Of a stretch of DNA of 11,913 nt, positions 6,119 to 11,913 are shown in pieces (the first letter of the stretch is position 1; each line of letters opens with the position of its first letter). The DNA lies in NCBI GenBank assembly GCA_013166835.1, contig JABLTI010000084.1, forward strand, positions 1 to 11,913, given 5' to 3'. The DNA comes from Promethearchaeati archaeon (GTDB lineage Archaea; Asgardarchaeota; Heimdallarchaeia; JABLTI01). The notes below the pieces were generated by a model. The model made no database searches. It had not been told where the DNA came from and saw only the letters and a list, made by a program, of their open reading frames with translations. A program made the translations under genes and the position numbers.

Positions 6119-7402
6119 ATGAAGAGTTTAATTATCGATGCTCAGATTGCTGGAGCATCAGGTGACATGTTTTTGAGTGCATTACTAGCTTTATTCGGAG
6201 CGGATGAGAAAAAAACTGTTGCCGATAAAAAAAGACAACAATTAATGAATGATATTGCTTTGAAAATAGTCCAAGCAGCAGATCTACAAAACGAAGCAAA
6301 AATCAGTGTGAAATTACAACATAAAAATCTGCATGCTATTGCCGGAATTAATCTTAAAATTAAATTATCAGAACCTCATCGTCACTTGAAAATTCCTCAG
6401 GCTTATAGTATCCTTGATAAATTTTTCAAGCTTCATCAGATGTCTGAGAAAGCACAGATATTTAGCAAGAAAGCGTTCGAAATTTTGTTTGAAGCGGAAG
6501 CAAAAGCACACGGGGAACCCTTGGACGATGTTCATCTTCATGAAGCCGGTTCTTTGGATACTTTCTTAGATGTTTTAGGAGCGGCAATTTTATTGGATCA
6601 ATTAGGAATATTTGATGCCTACATCTATCTTCTCCCAGTTGCCTTAGGATCTGGCACTGTTACTTTTTCACATGGGACTCTTCCTGTTCCAGCTCCTGCT
6701 GTAGTTGAAATTGTAAAGAAATATCAGATTCCTGTTTATAGTGGCTCAATAAAGAGTGAATTACTAACACCAACCGGTGCAATTCTTATTGCTTCCTTAA
6801 TGAGCACCTGCAAAAACTCAATTGTAACAACATACCCATTCATTACCATAGAAAAATCCGCAGCGGGTTTTGGAACAAAAGAGTTTGAAAAAACACCAAA
6901 TGCCTTACGCTTAATTCTTGGAAGTGTTCTCGAGTCAGAATATCCTCAAGAAGATATCTCAATTATTGAAACAAATGTAGATGATTGTTCAGGTGAGACA
7001 ATTGGGTTCTTAAATCAAAAGCTCTTAGAGATGGGTGCAAAAGACGTCTTTTTAACTCCAATCTATATGAAAAAAGGAAGACCGGGAACAAAAATTTCGG
7101 TATTATGCTTGCCAGAAGAAGTTGGAATTTTTGCAGCAGAAATTATGAATCAAACAAGCACAATCGGAGTCCGAATCACAAACAGTAAGAAGATTATGCT
7201 GAAAAGAGAAATCAAGAAATTTCAAATAAAAATTAAAGGTGAAAATTTCACCGTCCATGCGAAAATTTCCTATAATAAGAAAAATGAAATCGCTCATTTC
7301 AAACCTGAATTTGATGATGTGAAAACAATCACAGAACAAACAGGACTTACTATTAATGATGTCGTTTCTTTAGTAAGAGAAGAGATTAAAAAGAAACTTT
7401 GA
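6119..7402 (+). CDS. larC: Nickel-pincer cofactor biosynthesis protein LarC (nickel insertase, DUF111/TIGR00299 family)
   Basis: Family motifs in order: GASGDMFLSAL, EAEAKAHG, VHLHEAG..D...D, HGTLPVPAPA, ELLTPTGA, ETNVDD, MKKGRPG, TSTIGVR, KPEFDD. Both halves lie in a single frame. Confidence 0.95.
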   Translation: MKSLIIDAQIAGASGDMFLSALLALFGADEKKTVADKKRQQLMNDIALKIVQAADLQNEAKISVKLQHKNLHAIAGINLKIKLSEPHRHLKIPQAYSILDKFFKLHQMSEKAQIFSKKAFEILFEAEAKAHGEPLDDVHLHEAGSLDTFLDVLGAAILLDQLGIFDAYIYLLPVALGSGTVTFSHGTLPVPAPAVVEIVKKYQIPVYSGSIKSELLTPTGAILIASLMSTCKNSIVTTYPFITIEKSAAGFGTKEFEKTPNALRLILGSVLESEYPQEDISIIETNVDDCSGETIGFLNQKLLEMGAKDVFLTPIYMKKGRPGTKISVLCLPEEVGIFAAEIMNQTSTIGVRITNSKKIMLKREIKKFQIKIKGENFTVHAKISYNKKNEIAHFKPEFDDVKTITEQTGLTINDVVSLVREEIKKKL

Positions 7403-7415
7403 TCTCAATCAATAT

Positions 7416-8459
7416 TTACGAGCTTTCTTCAGGCACTAATTCCATCATACAATATTTATCTCTCTTACCTGCATGATAGAGCTCTTTTATCATTACTTGT
7501 CTTCCGAAAATCTCATTAAGTATACCCACCCACATATTTCGAATAAAGGTGCATCTATTCACAAATTTCTTTTCTGCACAGAAGGATCGACAATCATAAT
7601 AAATTAGATAACTGCTTGCATGTTTATCTCTTAATGTAGATTGTAATTTTCCAATTAATGGGTCAGTGATTTTAGTAGAGAGGATTTTTACTAGAAATTC
7701 ACCCACAATCTCAGACATATTAACAATTTCGTCTTCCTTTTCATTCTCGGTAAGTTTCATAATAATAAATGATAGATTCGTCATTGTTGGATCTTTTAAA
7801 GCCTTGTTCACAGGGTCATTTGCATCTGCTGAGAAATTAGCCACATAGGATTCTGTAATGACTTTCCAAAATGTTTCAAAAAGAATGAAATTGGGAATAT
7901 CTTTCGAAAATATGGGGTTGAAAATTTTATCAATGGTTAAAGATACATGGATTGACTTATCGGTAACTTCAACGGGAATAAGACTTGGTTTTTCTTCTTC
8001 TTCTTTATGTTCAACAACAATCATTGTTCTGGTAAATTGTACTTCATAATGACTACTTGATTTCAAAGAAAGTTTTGCAATGACTTTTACCGGATTTTCT
8101 AATAAGAAATGTCCAATCCCCACGAAAAGTGCTTGTAAAACAAGTAACGTTCCTTTTGAATCTGCGATTTCGTTCACAAAGAATCTATTTTGTCCAAGCG
8201 TTACTTTTCCATGCCCTTCATCTTTGTTAAAATTAATAACTGAGCTTTTCCACCCCAATGTTTCAAGTAACTCAGAAACAATTTCTTTTTCATCTATGGT
8301 TTCATCTTCTCTTAAGGTTCTTTCTTTGATAAATTTACCAACATTAGAAACAAATATATCACATTTAGAATTATCATCAACAATAAGATCCGCTGATTGT
8401 ACTAATGAGTAAAATAAGGTGCGAATCATTCTTTGTTCTCTAATGATGTCAAGAGCCAT
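7416..8459 (-). CDS. Tandem V4R / Bet3-like fold protein, 347 aa
   Basis: The C-terminal domain has C-x22-E-x2-H-x7-C (RCTFIRNMWVGILNEIFGRQVMIKELYHAGKRDKYCMMEL), the spacing of the V4R C/E/C/C zinc site. The N-terminal domain has LETLGW...LQALFVGIGHFLLENPVKV...HYEVQF, a Cys-free version of the same pattern. A charged linker (EHKEEEEKPS) separates the two. Confidence 0.7.
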   Translation of the reverse strand: MALDIIREQRMIRTLFYSLVQSADLIVDDNSKCDIFVSNVGKFIKERTLREDETIDEKEIVSELLETLGWKSSVINFNKDEGHGKVTLGQNRFFVNEIADSKGTLLVLQALFVGIGHFLLENPVKVIAKLSLKSSSHYEVQFTRTMIVVEHKEEEEKPSLIPVEVTDKSIHVSLTIDKIFNPIFSKDIPNFILFETFWKVITESYVANFSADANDPVNKALKDPTMTNLSFIIMKLTENEKEDEIVNMSEIVGEFLVKILSTKITDPLIGKLQSTLRDKHASSYLIYYDCRSFCAEKKFVNRCTFIRNMWVGILNEIFGRQVMIKELYHAGKRDKYCMMELVPEESS

Positions 8460-8711
8460 TTATTCGTTCCCACTACGAGATTTTGATCTATCAATAACTA
8501 TTTGTTAATCTCAATTCTTCGTACAATTGTTCTTCTTTTACCCGTTAAAAAGCACTTTGATATCGACAAATTTTCTTTCGAAATTTATGACCATTTTGGA
8601 ACCTTTAAATAATACAAATAAATAATTAAAAATTGTTTTAATACAAGTATCTTCTATTTCCACCTATACATTACTAAATCCATTTGTAAAATAAATGGTA
8701 AGTTCGATACA

Positions 8712-8719
8712 TTTTAAAG
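8712..8719 (+). promoter_or_regulatory. Candidate TATA box of the large longin-like gene
   Basis: TTTTAAAG lies about 30-40 nt upstream of the start region. GGTGG at 8747-8751 may be the SD for TTG 8757. Confidence 0.4.
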
Positions 8720-8747
8720 GTAAACCAAAAACAATCATAAATACTCG

Positions 8748-11700
8748 GTGGTAAACTTGGACGCACAGATAATTATCTCTCGAGAAGATAACACAGATTT
8801 CATATCACTAGGTTTCATTCAAACGGATACATCATTAGTTAGTGCTCTAGGTGGTGCTCTTGCGAATTTTGCACAAGAAATAGGTTTAGCAGGAGATAAA
8901 ACTGACGAGAAAATAAAGTCAAAGAGAGACGCAATAAATTTCTCCCGATTTCAAAATGGAATTCTTGCATCAAAAATTGTACCTGTGCGTAATCACAATC
9001 CCATTATACTTATAGCTATACGCGGTTATGAAGGAGAAGATAGCAAACTTGATTTTATTGTAGATTATGCATCCGAATTAGCTACAAGTATTGTCACTAA
9101 ATTTGATGATATATATTCCAGTATTGGATTGATACCACAAATTGAGGATGCTGTAGTCAATATAGCTGCAGTAGCTAACCTAATGAATCGAAAATCAAGT
9201 GACAAGGTCCGATTTTTTACAAAAACACTAAAACAGAAAGTTACTACCTTATTAGAAGATTTATGGTTGAATCAAGCAGCATTTGCAAATTGGATTAAGG
9301 ATTATTCTTCAAAGAAGATATCTGCTATGTCCCAAGATGAAATACTCAAGGAACTTGCCAGGTATTTTTACATTCAAAGCATTGAGTGCGATGCTTTGCT
9401 TCCCCTTATGTTTGGTTCTACAAAGAATCCGTTGAATGAATTAACAAAACTAATTGATAACTTTCTTAATAAAAAAGCTATAATTGCTCGAAAAGAAATC
9501 GAAAGTGAAATCACAAAAGCATACACTCAATTAAAGGATTCATCAAAGGCTCTCTCTAATAGAGGAACAATTGATCTCCCAGAAGTTGAGTTAATAAACG
9601 AAAGCTCACTTTTTGAGAAAATACTTGTAACAAAAAATGCGAATCTAGATACTACTGTAGCAGAACTTCTGAGTTCTACAAATCAAGAATTGTATAGGAA
9701 ATTATTCAGAAAACATCCTTTAAAATTTGTATCAATGTCAAAAGAGAGTGTATTTAATAAATCTGATTTGGATGGTATAGTTAGAAGTATCTTACCACGT
9801 ATTTTGAAAGAAGAATTAGTTGATAAAACTTGGATATCTGACAAGATATTATTATTATTAAGAAATGCCTCATCAAAATACTCACCAAATGAGGTCATGA
9901 AGCAAAAAGATAAAATTTTGTTAGAAATTCAAGCGAATTTTCTTGGTACAATTAAAAAAGAACATCCATTTATTCTACTGGTAGATCCACAATTAAAACA
10001 ATTAACAAGTTTTGTTAGTTCAGATGCAGTACGGTCACTTGAAAGATACAAAACATCTCAAGATGAAGCAGTTGTTTTATACAACATTATTGGTCAGATT
10101 CGTTCTGATTTAACTAGTGAAAGAAATTCTTCTGCTCAAGACCTGATGATTCTTTATTTCTTACAGTCAGTAATTCAGCCATATCAATTTAGAGAAGTTC
10201 CTGACATAGTATATGCTCTAATATCAGAAAGTTTAGAAAAAACATCCTATGCTCGAAAGGATAAACCAATTATTGCTATACAGAATAGTATCAGTCAACT
10301 AGAAAAAAATCTCGACTTCAAGATTGTGCCAGAAATTAGAAATCTTGTATTGAAAAGAATGACTAAAACAAAACCCACAATACAACGATTTGAAAATTTC
10401 GAGAATTTAGCATATTTCTTCCAATCATTTAGAGGTTCTTTAGAATCCACAATAGCTAAAATTTTACAAACAATTTTTGGTCCAGAAACTTTCCCAAATC
10501 CTCCAACAGCAATAAGTAATTTAATTAAAGAATTATCAACCGATCTTCAAAGCATAAGCGTAATTAAACGATATATTGATCAAATAATCAAAAGACCAAA
10601 TGGTCGTGAATTATTTTCTGAAGATAATACCAAATTTCTAGCAAAGAACACCCGCTTTAAATATATTCTGCCAGCACCAATCCATCTTGCTTTAGTTGCG
10701 TATAATAGTGGTTGGATAAAATCTGCAGATGGTAAAAAACGAGAAAAAGTAACTACTACTCAGTTAAGTGGTTTTTCAGTTAAAATCCCAGCTTTGAAAC
10801 TTGAAGGAAAAGTTTCATCACTAATAGAAAATCCTAAAGTTTTAGAGAATTTGTGGGTACGATATGCTCATAAAATAATTGAAAGTCGGCAAAAATCTCT
10901 CAAGAAAGCCATTAATGAAATCGAAAAGAAATCAAAAGTATCAGCTGGTAAAATTGATGGTCAGCAGAAATATGGTAAAACAGCTAAACGACTAAAGGAT
11001 TCTAACAGATGGTTAGGTAATGTTGTTTCTGGCGGAGGTTTCATGAGAAAAATCTTCAGTGGAGGAAGAGACCTTAACCAAATGGCCCAAGATATCGCCA
11101 AAACAAAATACTACTTATTCAATCAACAACCCGATTCATATAATATAAGTAAACAAATACACGCTATAAGAAGCAGTTTTACAAATCCCATTAGTAATGA
11201 TTTTCAAGATTTAATAGAAGTTTATGCCTCTTTATGGGTAGCAGATTCTGAATACATTGAGAATCTTGCAGAAAAATTGTTCTGGAATGGATTATTTAAA
11301 ACAAATGGGAGTGCAACAAATGGTTCTGATTTGAATAAAAAAATCAATCAGAATCTCAAAGCATCATATAGAAAAGATTCGATAACAGATAAGAAAACAG
11401 TCATTAGAAGAGCAATAATTGAAGAAGTAGTGCCAGTTTTCAACAAAATGGTGCGACAAACACTTGCTGTTGCTTTTAATTTATTTAGTGATGATATTGT
11501 GGTAAAATTTGATGAAAACACAAATGATTGGTATATCTCTCTTGATACGTTAATACTTCCTCCGAGCTCACTAAAATTCATTTTCAGCGGCATTAAAAAC
11601 CTATCATTCGTTAAAAGCAAAGATGACCTGACTGAAGTAAGATTAATTCTCACATCTCATTACGCTTTGAAGCGTTCTAAGGAATCACAAACAATTGAGG

Positions 11701-11864
11701 AATTCGTTAGGAAAGCCGCTTATGGAAAATTGGGCAAGAATGAAGTGAGGGCATTAGAGTTCTTCAGTGAATTAAGTGAAAAATACATTGGAAAATCTGC
11801 TGCAAACACATTCTATTCCAATCTAAGATCGCTATCTCAAATGATAATAACAACAGTTGAATAA
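8748..11864 (+). CDS. Large protein (~1035-1038 aa): N-terminal longin-like domain plus long alpha-helical body
   Basis: Uninterrupted 3.1-kb ORF. The N-terminus shows strand-strand (AQIIISRE..DFISLGF), helix DTSLVSALGGALANFAQEIG, three strands (AINFSRF, GILASKIV, IILIAIRG) and helix LDFIVDYASELATSIVTKFDDIY, the order of the longin fold. The helix matches the 'D..L.S...A...FA.E' pattern of Asgard longin-like domains. No TM segment or P-loop seen. The start may be TTG 8757. Confidence 0.7.
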   Translation: MVNLDAQIIISREDNTDFISLGFIQTDTSLVSALGGALANFAQEIGLAGDKTDEKIKSKRDAINFSRFQNGILASKIVPVRNHNPIILIAIRGYEGEDSKLDFIVDYASELATSIVTKFDDIYSSIGLIPQIEDAVVNIAAVANLMNRKSSDKVRFFTKTLKQKVTTLLEDLWLNQAAFANWIKDYSSKKISAMSQDEILKELARYFYIQSIECDALLPLMFGSTKNPLNELTKLIDNFLNKKAIIARKEIESEITKAYTQLKDSSKALSNRGTIDLPEVELINESSLFEKILVTKNANLDTTVAELLSSTNQELYRKLFRKHPLKFVSMSKESVFNKSDLDGIVRSILPRILKEELVDKTWISDKILLLLRNASSKYSPNEVMKQKDKILLEIQANFLGTIKKEHPFILLVDPQLKQLTSFVSSDAVRSLERYKTSQDEAVVLYNIIGQIRSDLTSERNSSAQDLMILYFLQSVIQPYQFREVPDIVYALISESLEKTSYARKDKPIIAIQNSISQLEKNLDFKIVPEIRNLVLKRMTKTKPTIQRFENFENLAYFFQSFRGSLESTIAKILQTIFGPETFPNPPTAISNLIKELSTDLQSISVIKRYIDQIIKRPNGRELFSEDNTKFLAKNTRFKYILPAPIHLALVAYNSGWIKSADGKKREKVTTTQLSGFSVKIPALKLEGKVSSLIENPKVLENLWVRYAHKIIESRQKSLKKAINEIEKKSKVSAGKIDGQQKYGKTAKRLKDSNRWLGNVVSGGGFMRKIFSGGRDLNQMAQDIAKTKYYLFNQQPDSYNISKQIHAIRSSFTNPISNDFQDLIEVYASLWVADSEYIENLAEKLFWNGLFKTNGSATNGSDLNKKINQNLKASYRKDSITDKKTVIRRAIIEEVVPVFNKMVRQTLAVAFNLFSDDIVVKFDENTNDWYISLDTLILPPSSLKFIFSGIKNLSFVKSKDDLTEVRLILTSHYALKRSKESQTIEEFVRKAAYGKLGKNEVRALEFFSELSEKYIGKSAANTFYSNLRSLSQMIITTVE

Positions 11865-11883
11865 AATCAATAAGATGTTTTTC

Positions 11884-11913
11884 TTAACCTCTTTCCTTAA
11901 TTTCTTTCCACTT
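11884..11913 (-). CDS. Possible 3' end of a convergent gene entering from beyond the window
   Basis: The minus strand reads KWKEIKERG-stop (TAA at 11886-11884). Only 10 codons are visible. Confidence 0.3.
   Translation of the reverse strand, partial: KWKEIKERG

Noticed and set aside
6119-7402. Programmed frameshift in larC
   Set aside because: Both halves are in one continuous frame.
8560-8700. Short inverted repeats in the V4R/longin spacer (e.g. CCATTT-N7-AAATGG at 8680-8698)
   Set aside because: Arms of 6 bp or imperfect in very AT-rich DNA; expected by chance.
7103-11653. Antisense ORFs 7103-7339, 7666-7848, 7858-8049, 8080-8412, 9683-9898 and 11348-11653
   Set aside because: Shadows of larC, the V4R gene and the large gene.
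8748-11864. Dynamin-like or SMC-like ATPase/GTPase call for the large protein
   Set aside because: No P-loop or other NTPase motif was found in the translation.
1-11913. tRNA, rRNA, CRISPR array or IS element
   Set aside because: Intergenic gaps are short and AT-rich, with no cloverleaf, spaced direct repeats, terminal inverted repeats or transposase ORF seen.

Overview
AT-rich archaeal window with eight protein-coding genes. A Snf7/ESCRT-III gene of the Vps20/32/60 class, a longin-like protein and a tandem V4R protein suggest an Asgard archaeon (inference; there is no marker gene in the window). Gene order: 3' half of a Cdc48/p97 AAA+ ATPase (+), a 90-aa winged-helix protein (+), then convergently snf7 (-), an all-helical hypothetical protein whose frame is open 49 codons beyond the called start (-), an 876-aa HerA/FtsK-superfamily ATPase with extra N- and C-terminal domains (-), larC (+), a tandem V4R/Bet3-like protein (-) and, divergently, a ~1035-aa protein with an N-terminal longin-like domain (+). 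There are two main candidates for an undescribed system: (1) the head-to-head V4R/Bet3-like and longin-like pair, which recalls the two fold classes of the eukaryotic TRAPP core; (2) the Cdc48 / winged-helix / ESCRT-III / HerA neighbourhood with no Vps4 in view. I saw no RNA genes, CRISPR arrays or mobile elements. All domain calls come from motif recognition by eye, not from database searches.
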